NCBI GenBank assembly: GCA_030704615.1
Contig: CM060734.1
Coordinates: 6,262,001 to 6,326,000, forward strand
Direction: 5' to 3'
DNA: 64,000 bases
DNA from: Takakia lepidozioides
Lineage: Eukaryota > Plantae > Bryophyta
Of the stretch, positions 38,697 through 50,208 are shown in pieces (within the stretch, counting starts at the first letter, position 1; each line of letters opens with the position of its first letter). Under the pieces are notes generated by a model. It was not told the DNA's origin. It saw only the letters and a program-made list of their open reading frames with translations, and ran no database searches. The position numbers and the translations under genes are program-made.

Positions 38697-39023
38697 TGTC
38701 AAGTTATCTTACCACTAGTGTGAAACTAGCTAGGAAATAGCTAGCTTTTACATATTGACATTTGGGATTGGCCCAAGTGTCAATCCAGGGTCAAGGCAGA
38801 TTTAGGCCCTGGAATGGTTATCTTCACGGCAAGCGCGGGAGGCTCATCTTTCTCGAGTTGAGCCTCACCGCGCCTAGCTATGCGCGCCGTAGTGTGGATT
38901 CCCCATGGCGTGGGGTGCACTTGGCTTGACTTGTATTTGAGTGATGAGGTTATATATGCATGAGTTTATGCTTCAGCTTTGTGAGCTCGCATGAGCTTGT
39001 GCTTGTATTCTTCTTCTTTATCA
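38697..39023 (+). repeat. Terminal repeat segment B1 (contains TATATAT at ~38951)
   Basis: Direct repeat of 50399-50715; starts TGTCAAGTTATC, ends CTTTATCA. Confidence 0.92.
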
Positions 39024-40539
39024 CTTAAGAAAGATCGGCTCGTATCTGTGAGTGCCAGATACGAGTTAGTTGTAGCACTTGTGGTTTTTGCTTGAGAATG
39101 AGAGAAACCAAGTTGTTATGCAAGGAGCACCATGGAGCTTTTGGTTGTTAGAAGCGGAGGCGATGTGGGTTACGAGGTGGTAGACCTTGGCATTCGATCT
39201 TCAGCTTCAGAGATGAAAGCACCATGCTGCAGTAATTCCAGAGCACCTACAATGTGCTCCCCTCCGACACCAGCGTAATGATAGTGAAAGGGGCATCCCT
39301 GGTGACGGGCTCGAATGGTTTCAGATTGTGTACATGCACGAGCAAGCACGATTGGGAAGAGGATCAGTCAAGAGCAGGTTATAGTGGCTTTGGTGGCAAA
39401 GCTGAGAACTGGACTTGGGAATGCGAGCTTTCATTGTGTGAAGGATTGCAAGACCAAGCGAAAGGGCTGATTTGGCTTGGGGCAAATCAGTGCACTTTGT
39501 GGAGTATGGTGAGATTGGGTTTCAATCTCGAGCTTCAGCATTGAGAGGGCTCTTGTCATGGCAAGCAGGGCTGGAAGGAGCTAAGAGGTGCGGCAAGGCC
39601 ATGGAATGTGCACCTAGGGTTTCAGAGCTTGGGAAGAGAGCTCTTGCACCACAAGAGAAGTGTCTTGTGGCTGGAAATGTAAGCCTTAGGGTTTCAGGAG
39701 CTTGGCAAAGGCTGTGGAGTGCTTAGTCTTGTCTTAGAGAGCATCAAGGAGCCAAGGAGCCAAGATAGGGGGCTGATATCTCTTGTGTGAAGAGGTTGCA
39801 TGTGTGGAGCATGTATTCAGCTCATTGAAGCTTCCATCTTCAAGCTTGGAGGGCAAGCAAGGAAGAGGGAAGGGCTGACTTCCCTTATGTGAGGGCAATG
39901 CATGTGTGGAGCATGCTATCAACCTGGTGAAGGCTTGCACTTTCAGGTGTGGGAGTGCAAGAAAGAAGAAGGAAGGGGCTGGTTTCCCTGTAGGGCATGT
40001 GGAGCATGCTTTCAGCCTGCTGAAGCTTGTATTTTCAGGTTTGTGGGTGCAAGAAATGAAGCAAAGGAGCTGATTCTCTTATGGTGAGAGTGGGGCATGT
40101 GTGTGAGCATGCCTTCAGCCCATTGAGGCTCTTGTTTTCAAGCTTTAGAGAGCTAGAACGGAAGGTCTAGGGCTGGTTTCCACTTGGAGTGAAAGAAAAG
40201 CACTTGTAGGGCCTATGTGAGTTGGGGTTTCAACTTCAAGCTTGAAGGGAGCGCAACTCTTGAAGCAGCAGGTGTAGGGGGCTGGAATAGGCTCTAAGAC
40301 AGATGCTATGGCCAAGGAGAGTGCTTGAATGAGTGCTCACAAGGGCTGGGAACCAGCAGGGCTTGGTTGTTTGCCATTGAGTTTAGTGGCGTGTTTGGGG
40401 AGGCTAAGTGAGAAGGAAGGCTTGGTTTGTGGCAACCACCTCAGGGCTTGGTGGAAAGAAGCTAGAGTCCAAGAGACACAACCCTAGCTTGCGTGGCTAA
40501 ACCCCTTGGAGAATGGCTAAACTGCCAGAGCGGCATGGA

Positions 40540-42010
40540 TGGGGCTGTGCCGGGCTGCGCCAGTGGCCTTCAGGGCTGCGACAGGCTGTGCCCCTGGCCT
40601 TTGGGGCTGTGACAGGCCGTGCTGAGGCTTGGGGCTGTGACAGGCTGTGAGGGGCTGTGAAGGGCCCTGCCTGAGGCCTGTGGGGTGGGCTGTGACGGGT
40701 TGTGAGGGGCTATGTCAGGCCGTGCGTGAGCCTTTGGGGCTGTGAGGGGCTGTGCCGGGCTGCGCGGTGGCCTTCGGGGCTGTCACGGGCTGCACCGGTG
40801 GCCTCGGGGCTGTGTGACGGGCTGAGAGGGCCTGTGCCGATGGCCTTTGGGGTTGTGACGGCTGTGAGGGCTGTGACGGGCTACGCCGGTGGCCTTGGGG
40901 GGCTGTGATGGGCTGTGAGGGGCTGTGAGGGGCTGTGACAGGCCGTGCCTGAGGCCTTTGGGGCTGTGACGGGCTGTGAGGGGCTGTGTCAGGCCGTGCC
41001 TGAGGCCTTTGGGGTGTGAGGGCTGTGGCGATCTGTGACGGGCTGTGAGGGCTGTGACAGGCTGTGCCCAGTGCCCTGTGGGGCTGTGACGGGCTGTGCG
41101 GGGCTGTGACAGGCTGTGCTAGTTGCTGTGGGGCTGTGACGGGCTGTGACAGGCTGTGCCCAGTGGCCTGTGGGGCTGTGACGAGCTGTGAGGGGCTGTG
41201 ATAGGCTGTGTGCCTGTGGCCTTTGGGGGAAATGAGGGGCTGTGACAGGCGTGCCTGAGCCTTTGGGGCTGGGACGGCTGTGTGGCTGTGAGGGGCTGTG
41301 ACAGGCCGTGCCTGAGGCCTTTGGGGCTGTGACGGGCTGTGAGGGCTGTGTCAGGCTGTGTGCTGAGGCTTTGGGGCTGGCTGTGAGGGGCTGTGACAGG
41401 CGTGCCTGAGGCCTTGTGGTGTGTGAGGGGCTGTGAGGGGCTGTGACAGGCCGTGCCTGAGGCCTTGGGGCTGTGTGGGGGTGTGAGGGGCTGTGGGAGG
41501 GGAGGCCGTGCCCTGGGGCTGTGAGGGTGGGGCTGTGAGGGGCTGTGACAGGCTGTGCAGTGGCAGTGGGGCCTGTGGGGCTGTGAGGGGCTGGTGTGCG
41601 GGGCTGTGACAGCTGTGCCCAGTGGCCTGTGGGGCAGTGACGGGTGTGACAGGCTGTGCCCGTGGCCTTTGGGCTGTGAGGGGCTGTGACATGCCGTGCC
41701 TGAGGCCTTTGGGGCTGTGACGGGCTGTGAGGGGCTGTGACAGGCCGTGCCAGAGGCCTTTGGGGCTGTGACGGGCTGTGTGAGGGCTGTGTCAGGCCGT
41801 GCCTGAGGCCTTTGGGGTTGGGCTGTGAGGGGCTGTGGCGAGCTGTGAGGGGCTGTGACGGGCTGTGACAGGCTATGCCCAGGCCTGTGGGGCCTGTGAG
41901 GGCTGTGTGCGGGCTGTGACGGGCTGGGCTGTGAGGGGCTGTGACAGGCTGTGCCCAGTGGCCTGTGGGACTGTGACGGCTGTGACCAGTGAGCTGTGTG
42001 TGGGCCTGTG
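40540..42010 (+). repeat. G-rich minisatellite (GGGGCTGTGA-based) in the retroelement leader
   Basis: Dense degenerate GGGGCTGTGA / CAGGCCGTGCCTGAGGCCTTT units. Confidence 0.95.
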
Positions 42011-42681
42011 CTGACTCGTGGAGGCACTGGTGACTGCCTAAGGACTGGCATGTGGTCTTGAAGGCCGAATTTTGAAGCTCGTGGAGGGCGGTTTGAGAAT
42101 ATCTTCATGATATTCCCATGGTCATGCAAGTGAGGGAGAGAGGAGAGGAAGAGTGTTGGGATGAGGGCATGCATGTGGGGTTAGGCATTGCTTTAGCTTC
42201 TCTTCCTCGTAGTTTCCAGCCTCTCATTAGGCCAAGACCTTTCCGTAGGTGGAGGCAAGAGTCAGTCCGGGTTTGGGCTGGGGTGTCATTGCAGGAGCAA
42301 CACCGTGGAGTTGTTTTTGGTGTGGGGGAGTTGTCGTTCTGATTTCTTGTGTTTGGATCCCCTCCATACCTGCATGCTTGATTGTGCGCCATGCTAGTTT
42401 TGTGTGGGCGCTTGTTTTATAGGTGATTGGTCCGGATTTGATCACCGGCCAGTCCTAGAGCATGCTGTCGATGTGAGGCTGGGGTGATGACCAGCCCGAC
42501 CATCATTGTTTCTCCTGTGGTGAGGTTGGAGGTGATGACCAGCCAACCATAGGAGTGCTTGCGGTGGATGCAGGTACAGGTGTAGGCTATGTTAGGAACT
42601 TAGTATTCCAAACCATAAGCCGCAACAGGTTCTCTACCGGTTACCTTGTGGAGAGGGGGTTAGGGACATGTTCATGACCGG

Positions 42682-44771
42682 TTGAGTGTCAACACGGAGG
42701 TGCCACTAGTTGCTGGGGACAGTGCCGGTTCGAGCACTAGCGATACTAGTGGGTACACGAGACGAGGTGTGCGGTTTAGGCCACCTTCACCTCCTGTGTC
42801 TTCTACGGAAGGTTCTGATTCGGATTGTGAATCAGGAGGACTCATACCGGCGGTGCAAGTTGTTTCTTTGCCATTATTGTGGGACACAATGGAGGAGATG
42901 TATGGAGCTACCAAGGGGCCACGAAGGTACTCTGGGGCGGTGGGCACCATCGAGTTGGATGATTTTATCAAGAGTTTGATAGTTGGTGTGATTTGCAGCA
43001 AATGCGCAATCCACAACTATTTACGCCTTTCATGGCATGGAAGGGGCTGTTTCAGCACCTTGAGGGCCGCCTATGGATGATTACCATGAGTTCAGGCGGG
43101 GGCATGAGGTTGAGATCGAGGAGTGGAGGATGTACTGGTCACCCGACTATGTCTCCATCACTAGGGGCACTAGAGCCACGAGGGCAGTGGCTACACCTGC
43201 CGCTGCACCGGCAGCTTCAGCAAGTAGCAGTGGGACTAGTGGGACTGTGGTACAGTAGCTACGACGTCCACCCAAGCCACTACCGCACCAGCACTAGCAC
43301 CCGTGCCTGCCTTCAACCCTGTTGTGGAGTTCTTCGAAGAGTTGAGAGGGAACTACCAAGGGGTGAGGACAGAGAAGTTGCGGAGCTTGCAAGAGTTCCA
43401 ACGGAAGCCGACCGAGAGCTTGAGGGAGGCTTTCACTCGCATGAGGCGCTTGATAAATGTAACCCAAGGGGTTACGGAAGCTCAGGCAGTCCAATTCTGG
43501 TATGGGATATTGGACAAGGAGCTGAGGAGAAGGGTGCGGGATGCAACTCTCCTACAAGCGGCCCAACCCACCTTAGCAAATGTGTTTTTGCTGGCAGAGC
43601 GGATAGAGCTCAACATGGTGGAGGAACGAGTGGTCATGGTGGGATTTGCTAAGGAGACACCACGGGGTAGTGGTGCTCCTAGCCAACCACTACCTCAACG
43701 TGCTCAAGGCAACAAGGGGGCTCAGGTGAAGCTCAGGGAAGGGCAGAGAGGACCTCAGATGCAGGGGTCTCTCCCTTCATTTGCTGGCCAACAACGGGCG
43801 GATGTGGTGTGCTGGACATGTGGAGGACCCCATGTCAAGAAGGATTGCCCAAGGGAGGCAAGGGCCGGCACATGCACAGCCTGCACAGTTGCAGTGTGGG
43901 CATTGTGGCAAGCACGGGCATGGAGAGGCCCAGTGTTATGGTTTGCATCCTGAGTTGCGCCCAGGCCAGTTCCAAGGGAACAATGGTGGCGGGGGGAGGT
44001 GGTGGAGCAGCCCAGAGAGGACGAGGTGGCCAGCCACGAGGTGCAGGCCAAGGGCAAGCTCAACATGGCCAAGGACGCGGAGGTCAGGGGGTTGACCAAG
44101 GCATGGCCAACCGGCTTCAGCAGCTAGAGCAGAGGCTCGCTGCCATGGCTACAGCTCAGGTGGTACCGGCTCTAAGGCCGGATGGTCCACCTCCTGCTCC
44201 TGAGGGAGGAGGGATATGAGATATGGGAGGTATGGGATTCATGTGTGGAGCAGCACTACCACTAGTGCAGGTGGAGTCTGCTGCAGCCGTGACTCGAGGA
44301 GCAGCACGAGTTCCTGAGCCACGAGGTGCAGAGGTGGAGTTGGATCCACAGCGTGGGGAGGCAAGTCGTCAGGCTAGGCTTCCTCAGTCATTCACATTGG
44401 CGGAGACAGTGTCGACGCCATCCATGGCACCTAGTTCTCGCCCGACTGTTACCGAGGCAGAGGTTACTATGCCTTTGGGGAGAGCTACACGGGTAGCACC
44501 ACTACCTAGTGTTGCCAAGGCTACGGCAGCTAGTGTGCTGCTAGGAGCGGCCACGTCTGTGTGCCAGGCTCCATTGTTCTTGGCTACCATGATTGCGACG
44601 CCGGGGGTAAGACCAGCTGAGGTGTTCAGACTAGCAGTTACACTCTGTGAGAGTGGGGAGGTTACTTCATCTTCTGCGGAGATAGTGGGAGGTGTAGTAC
44701 CGGAGGGATCCTTGGATTTGAGGGTCAAGACTGCCACGGCGGCGCCATGGCAAGCTGCAGCTGCCAGCTAG
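42682..44771 (+). pseudogene. Gag with two CCHC zinc knuckles (frameshifted)
   Basis: Retrotransposon-gag-like QRKPTESLREAFTRMRRL...QFWYG; knuckles CWTCGGPHVKKDC and CGHCGKHGHGEAQC in offset frames. Confidence 0.8.
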
Positions 44772-44790
44772 GTCAGCCATTGAGCGCGCC

Positions 44791-45456
44791 ATGGTGACAC
44801 CTGGAGTTGTCATGTTAGACAACCAGGATGGCATTTTCTGTTTGAGTGGACCGACAGGCAAGAGGTACCGGCCACTGCGGGTCTTGTTGGACTCGGGAGC
44901 TCAGCCATTGATGTTGGGCAGAGCTGCTATTGCAGGCTTGGGCCTCACGGAGGCGGATATGGAGCCTTGTCCTTTCCAGATACAGACGTCTCTGGGAGGA
45001 TCGGAGCAGGCTCGGGGCATGACACGGCGTGAGTTGGCTATCAGACTACGGCCGGATCACCCTACAGATGGCTCAGTGATGCGAGCCAAGGCCATTGTGA
45101 CAGACGCGGTCATATACAATGTCCTGGTTGGTGGGGCAGTGTTGTACCCCATGGGCTTCACCCTGGATTTTTGGGAGGAGTCAGCTTCCTATAGGCCTGC
45201 ATGGCAGTCAGGGGAGGGCCGGCGTGTGCAGCTCCCTGTGACGTTCATAGGAGGAGTTGCGGTTGCCCAGCGAGGCAAGATGCCGACACTAGCAACATTC
45301 ACAGCGGCAATGAGTGGGCCTAGAGAGTTGCTTGAGGGCAACGCTCATTCAGAGGATGTGCCACCTCCGGGAGAGCAGGATGACATGTATGGTATGGCGG
45401 AGTTGTCTACCATGGTTGCTCAGACTCCATTGTGGGGCATGAGCAAGGATTTGTAG
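44791..45456 (+). CDS. Retropepsin aspartic protease domain
   Basis: VLLDSGAQ active-site motif and downstream YNVLVGGAVL. Confidence 0.85.
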   Translation: MVTPGVVMLDNQDGIFCLSGPTGKRYRPLRVLLDSGAQPLMLGRAAIAGLGLTEADMEPCPFQIQTSLGGSEQARGMTRRELAIRLRPDHPTDGSVMRAKAIVTDAVIYNVLVGGAVLYPMGFTLDFWEESASYRPAWQSGEGRRVQLPVTFIGGVAVAQRGKMPTLATFTAAMSGPRELLEGNAHSEDVPPPGEQDDMYGMAELSTMVAQTPLWGMSKDL

Positions 45457-45474
45457 TGGGATGTTGATCGACGG

Positions 45475-46623
45475 GTGCAACAAGCCTGGGTGGAGGCTTT
45501 TGTACCGTCAGGAGAGGAGGAGAGTGCGGGGATTGCACCAGGACCACCTCAGTTGTCTCCATTGGACACCACACCTATTGTGTGGCAGTATCCGGATGGA
45601 GGCATTTGTCTTCTGGACTTGTTTGGCGGGATCAGCACCGGATTGGCTGTTGTGTTACAGGTAGGTGTACGAGTTCGGCGTTACCTGTATGTGGAGAGGG
45701 ATGAGACTGCACGACGCGTTTCACTTCGCCATGTTGCTCAGTTGGTGCAGCGGTACCCTGAGTTGTTGTCGGTGTCTGCAATTCGTGGATATCAGCAGGC
45801 CTTGCCAGCAGACATTTCGTTGCTGGGGGCCCAGGATTTGGAGCGGGTTGGCTCCATTGATCTGGTAGTGGCAGGTTGGCCCTGCCAAGGACATTCATCA
45901 GCCGGGCATGGCAATGGATTGCGAGACTCGAGGTCGGGTCTATTTTGGGAGATGGTGCGGGTTTTGCGCCATTTGCAGCTTCATCAAGATGATACTCCAG
46001 CATACATCTTGGAGAATGTGCCATTAAAGGGCGATTCTCAGGCCAGGGTGATGGCCAGTGTGCATCAAGTCTGGTCATGGCTTGGGTCAGCAGTGTTGTT
46101 AGATGCAGCTACAGTGGGGTCATGGGCTCATCGTCCACGGCTATAGTGGACTAACTTGATGCCACCCGCACTGCTCAAGCGTGCATTTGATGGGGTGCAG
46201 CGGCCAGCACATTTCACAGTGGATAACATTCTGGACACAGGGAGGCAGTCTCAGCGTGTGAGACACGATGACCGTTCGCCTTTGGCAGTGGTCAACAAGG
46301 TGGGTCAACCACGAGTAGCATTACCTACACTGCTCAGCTTCCCAGGATCGCATGCTTTCCGGGATAGTGGACCCGGCCTCCTGTGGGATGCTCAGTTGCA
46401 ACAGTTAGTGGAGCCTAATGCTGACGAGCGTGAGCGGGCAATGGGTTTTACCACTGGTACCACGACGGTGTCGTCTCTTTCTGAGGCATCACGTCGTCAA
46501 GTGTTGGGGCAAGCAATGGATCTCAATTGTTTGACCTGGATTATCAGCTTGGCTATGGCCGAGCAACGCATAGTGCGGAGTACACTTCCCTCGATGGTCT
46601 CTCTACCTACCGAGACGGTATAG
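45475..46623 (+). pseudogene. C5 cytosine DNA methyltransferase domain inside pol (one in-frame TAG at 46144)
   Basis: Ordered motifs: I LDLFGGISTG, II YVERD, III ADI, IV DLVVAGWPCQGHS, VI YILENV, VIII HRPRL*W, IX ERERAMGF, X RRQVLGQAM. Confidence 0.93.
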
Positions 46624-47010
46624 GCAGTGAGTGGGGGCGAGCATGTGAGGACCACGAGGTGCATGCATCCATGGCACACGTGGGAGGTGCTCGAGGTTCA
46701 GAGGGAGTTGGCAGCCAAGGCGGCTGTGATAGATGAGGTTGGGGATTCTTCTCGGGTTGAGGAGGTCCTCAAGGATGAGATGATGGGGTAGGATGAGGCC
46801 TTGTCATTGACTGAGCAGGCAGGGAGTACTGCTCAAGAGGTTGCAACGTAACAACCACTGGACGCGTCCTCTACCTCTAAGCCCACTGGACTTAAGGTTG
46901 CAGTTACGGAGGACAATTGGGAGCCTGACATTGGACCCATTGTCACCGGAGGAGAGAGACGACGTATACGGCGGTTCCTGAGGGCTTACAGGAATTGCTT
47001 TGCCTTCAGT

Positions 47011-47886
47011 TTGAAGGACTTGGGAGCACTTGAGTTGGCCACTGACACGCCAATCTTTCGGAGACCCTTTAGATATAGTGACATGGAGAGGTCTTTGATT
47101 CAGATGAGGACTCAAGATCTCTGGGAGGCAGGTTTGGTGGAGCTCTCTGGTGGAGAGTATGCTTCAGCCACAGTGATGCCAGCCAAGAAGGATGTCTATG
47201 GCAATTGGACGGAGAGACGTATGTGCGGTGATTACCGGCCTGTAAATCGTCAGACCAAGTCCGATAAGTATGCCATGCCAACACCAGAGGAGATCTTTGA
47301 TGCCATCGGGCATGCTAAGGCCTTTAGCACTTTGGATTTACGATCCGGATATCACCAGTTGCCAATCAAGGAGGCGGACAAGCAGAAGACGGCATTCTGG
47401 GGGATCAATGAGCACGACAATGATTGCCTATATCAGTGGTGGTTCTTACCATTTGGGCTTAAGAATGCTCCTGCAGAGTTTCAGAGAGTCATGGATAGGA
47501 TTCTAGCAGGGGTGGACTTTGCTCGGTGCTACATAGATGACATCATCATCTTTAGTGTTACGATGGAGGAGCATGAGAGACACCTTCAGGTGGTATTGGA
47601 GCGCTTGAGAGCGCATAGATTGAAGTTGCATCCGGGGAAGTGCAAGTTTTTCCACAACCAGATTGAGTATCTGGGTCACATGATATATCCTGGAGGATTG
47701 GGGGTAAAGCAGACTAAGGTAGAGGCCATTGCACAAATTCCACGCCCCACGGATGTGAGCCGAGTTCGAGCTTTCATGGGGTTGGCAAACTATTATAGAC
47801 GGTTTGTCAAGGGATTTAGTACCATTGCAAAGGCTCTAACCAAGCTGACCAAGGTGGACCAGGAGTGGCAGTGGGAAGATGAGTAG
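47011..47886 (+). CDS. Ty3/Gypsy reverse transcriptase domain
   Basis: RMCGDYRPVN, STLDLRSGYHQ, PFGLKNAPAEFQ, YIDDIII, YLGH. Confidence 0.96.
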   Translation: MKDLGALELATDTPIFRRPFRYSDMERSLIQMRTQDLWEAGLVELSGGEYASATVMPAKKDVYGNWTERRMCGDYRPVNRQTKSDKYAMPTPEEIFDAIGHAKAFSTLDLRSGYHQLPIKEADKQKTAFWGINEHDNDCLYQWWFLPFGLKNAPAEFQRVMDRILAGVDFARCYIDDIIIFSVTMEEHERHLQVVLERLRAHRLKLHPGKCKFFHNQIEYLGHMIYPGGLGVKQTKVEAIAQIPRPTDVSRVRAFMGLANYYRRFVKGFSTIAKALTKLTKVDQEWQWEDE

Positions 47887-49948
47887 GAACGAGGCGAGGT
47901 TGACCTCGACGCCTATCCTGAGACGACCTATCAGGGGGCGTCCCTTTCAGCTGCATACGGATTGGAGCATGCTGGGGCTTGGAGCGGTGCTCACACAGGT
48001 GGATGATGAGGGAAGAGAGTTCGTAGTGGCTTATGCTAGCCGCTCAAACAACGCTGCAGAGGCTAAGTACAGCTCATATGAGGGAGAGTGCTTAGCTGCA
48101 GTGTGGGCCGTGACACACTTCAGGTGCTATCTATACGGCAATCTTTTCACCCTTGTCACGGATCACCAGCCACTCAAGTGGTTGATGGAGTCAGACAAGC
48201 TTACGGGGAGGCTTGCACGGTGGGCACTCATACTCCAGGAGTATGACTTTCAGGTTGTGCATCGACCGGGTTTGGTCAATCGGGATGCGGATGGATTGAG
48301 TCGCAATCCATGCATGAGCCAGCAGGATGACACTGAAGCTCGGTGGCATGGTGAGACGGACGAGGAGATGGTGCCAGGATGGCACGCATCTGTATTTTTG
48401 TGTATCTTGGCATCGGGAGGTCAGGTTGGACCTATAACAGGGATGACTGTAGATGGAGTGTCTAAGGACCCTGAGGCTAGTGATGAGCCAGGTGGTGCCA
48501 GAGATATACATGAGGATTCGGCTGTGTCGGACTACCTCCGCACGGGAGACACGACAGCCACTGTGACTGCCAGGGAGAGGGATCGGTTCCTGCAACGAGC
48601 CAAGAGGTTCAAGTGGGAGGGGATACACCTACTTCGAGTGTGGAAGGATGGTCGGGTGAGGATTGTGCCTCACCCCACACAGCGTGCACGGTTAGTGCGG
48701 CATGCCCATGAGGAGTTGGGGCATTTTGGAGTGCGACGCACTCACAGTTTACTGCAGGGGCAGTATTGGTAGCGTGATATGCATAAAGAGGTGCAACAGT
48801 TCGTGGCTAGGTGCATGGTATGTGACAGGGTGCGTGCTTCATTCAACGCCCCTACACCACAGTTGCATCCTTTACCAATCATGGGATTGGGCTACAGGTG
48901 GAGTCTTGACTTCGCAGGACCGTTGCCACTGACTATGCGCCACCACAGATATGTGTTGGTGACGGTGGAGCACTTCTCCAAGTGGATTGAGTTGGTTCCA
49001 TTGCCTGACAAGGCTAGTGAGGGGGCTGCGTATGCATTCTTGGATCGTGTGCTTAGCCAATTTGGTGCTCCAGCTGAGGTACTCACGGACCAAATGAGAG
49101 AGTTCTTGGGGGAGTTTCAGGCTTTGTGTGATAAAACATTGATAGACCACCGCACCACTTCTCGGGATCATCCTGAGGCTGATGGCTTAGCAGAGAGAGT
49201 TGTTCAGACGGTGAAGAGGGATTTGCGCAAGTATGGCTTGCAGAAGGGACACCTAGGAGATTGGGATCTTCAGGTTCCTTGGTTAGCCATGGGCTACAGG
49301 TTCAGCAAACAAGCATCACTTGCCTCCTTCTCACCATATTTCCTTCTCTTTGGCCGAGAGCCGGATTTGCCTGCAGCCATTCGTAGGGACACTGCTCAAG
49401 TCCTTAACCTTGACGATCCGGACGTGTGGGTACGTGCATGTGATCAGCGTGCAGAGTTGTTCAAGAAAGTCATGCCCATGGCTTTTGAGAACCTTGCCAT
49501 TGCACAGCACCGTGATACGTTGAGGTATGCTTCTATACGTGGTGGAGGATATCGTCCTGGGGTTCGGAGGTTTAGCCCTGGTGACTATGTTTATTTGCAG
49601 CAGACTGCTCCTACGACTCTGGATGTTACTGCAGGGCGTGTTATTCTGAGGGTTCGAGAGGTGTTGCCCTCAGGGGTCCTGATCTTGGAGGGTCGGGATG
49701 GCATGACTTGGAAGGACCATGTGCGTAATTGTGCGCCATGTCACCTTCCCAATGTCGATGGCAGAGTTGACCCAAACTTGGCAGTGGTACCTGCAGGTTT
49801 GAGGTGCATGCTCTGTGGGTCTGCCAAAGGGGCAGCCACCATTGTGGTGTGTGATCGATGCTCAAGGGGTTGGCATATGGGATGCTTGACACCACCTCTT
49901 GAGAAGGTTCCTGACGGAGATTGGTTGTGTCCACACTGCTTGGGATAG
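47879..49948 (+). pseudogene. RNase H, HHCC/DDE integrase and C-terminal PHD finger (in-frame TAG at ~48769)
   Basis: RNase H: LHTDWS, YEGECLA, TDHQPL, ADGLSR. Integrase: HEELGH..CMVC, SLDFAG, LTDQ, GLAERV. PHD: CMLC..CDRC..HMGC..WLCPHC. Confidence 0.93.
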
Positions 49949-50197
49949 TGGCAGTGGACATGACTAGAGGTAGCTAACAAGACATGGGAGACCAAGCTCA
50001 TAGGAGTCAATACATGAGATCCCAAGCTCAAGTTCATAGGTTGCAAGACAGCGACTAACGATAGGGCAACTCTTGCACCCGGCCTTTTGATCTATCGAGT
50101 TTGAGTGTAGTAGGGATAGTGGTGGAGGACTTAGTGAGGCTATGATCACTATCACATCTTGTGGCTACCTGGACTTAGAGGGACCTAAGCACCAGCT

Positions 50198-50207
50198 AGG
50201 GGGGCAA
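50198..50207 (+). other. Polypurine tract
   Basis: AGGGGGGCAA immediately before T-TGTGTGG, the start of repeat A1. Confidence 0.7.
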
Positions 50208-50208
50208 T

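Noticed and set aside
41119-42174. 351-aa Pro/Ser/His-rich ORF
   Set aside because: Artefact of translating the minisatellite.
25968-46623. Bacterial contamination or restriction-modification operon suggested by ParB and MTases
   Set aside because: One gene has GT-AG introns, the other is fused within a gypsy pol, and both lie in TSD-bounded eukaryotic TEs near a plant BZW gene.
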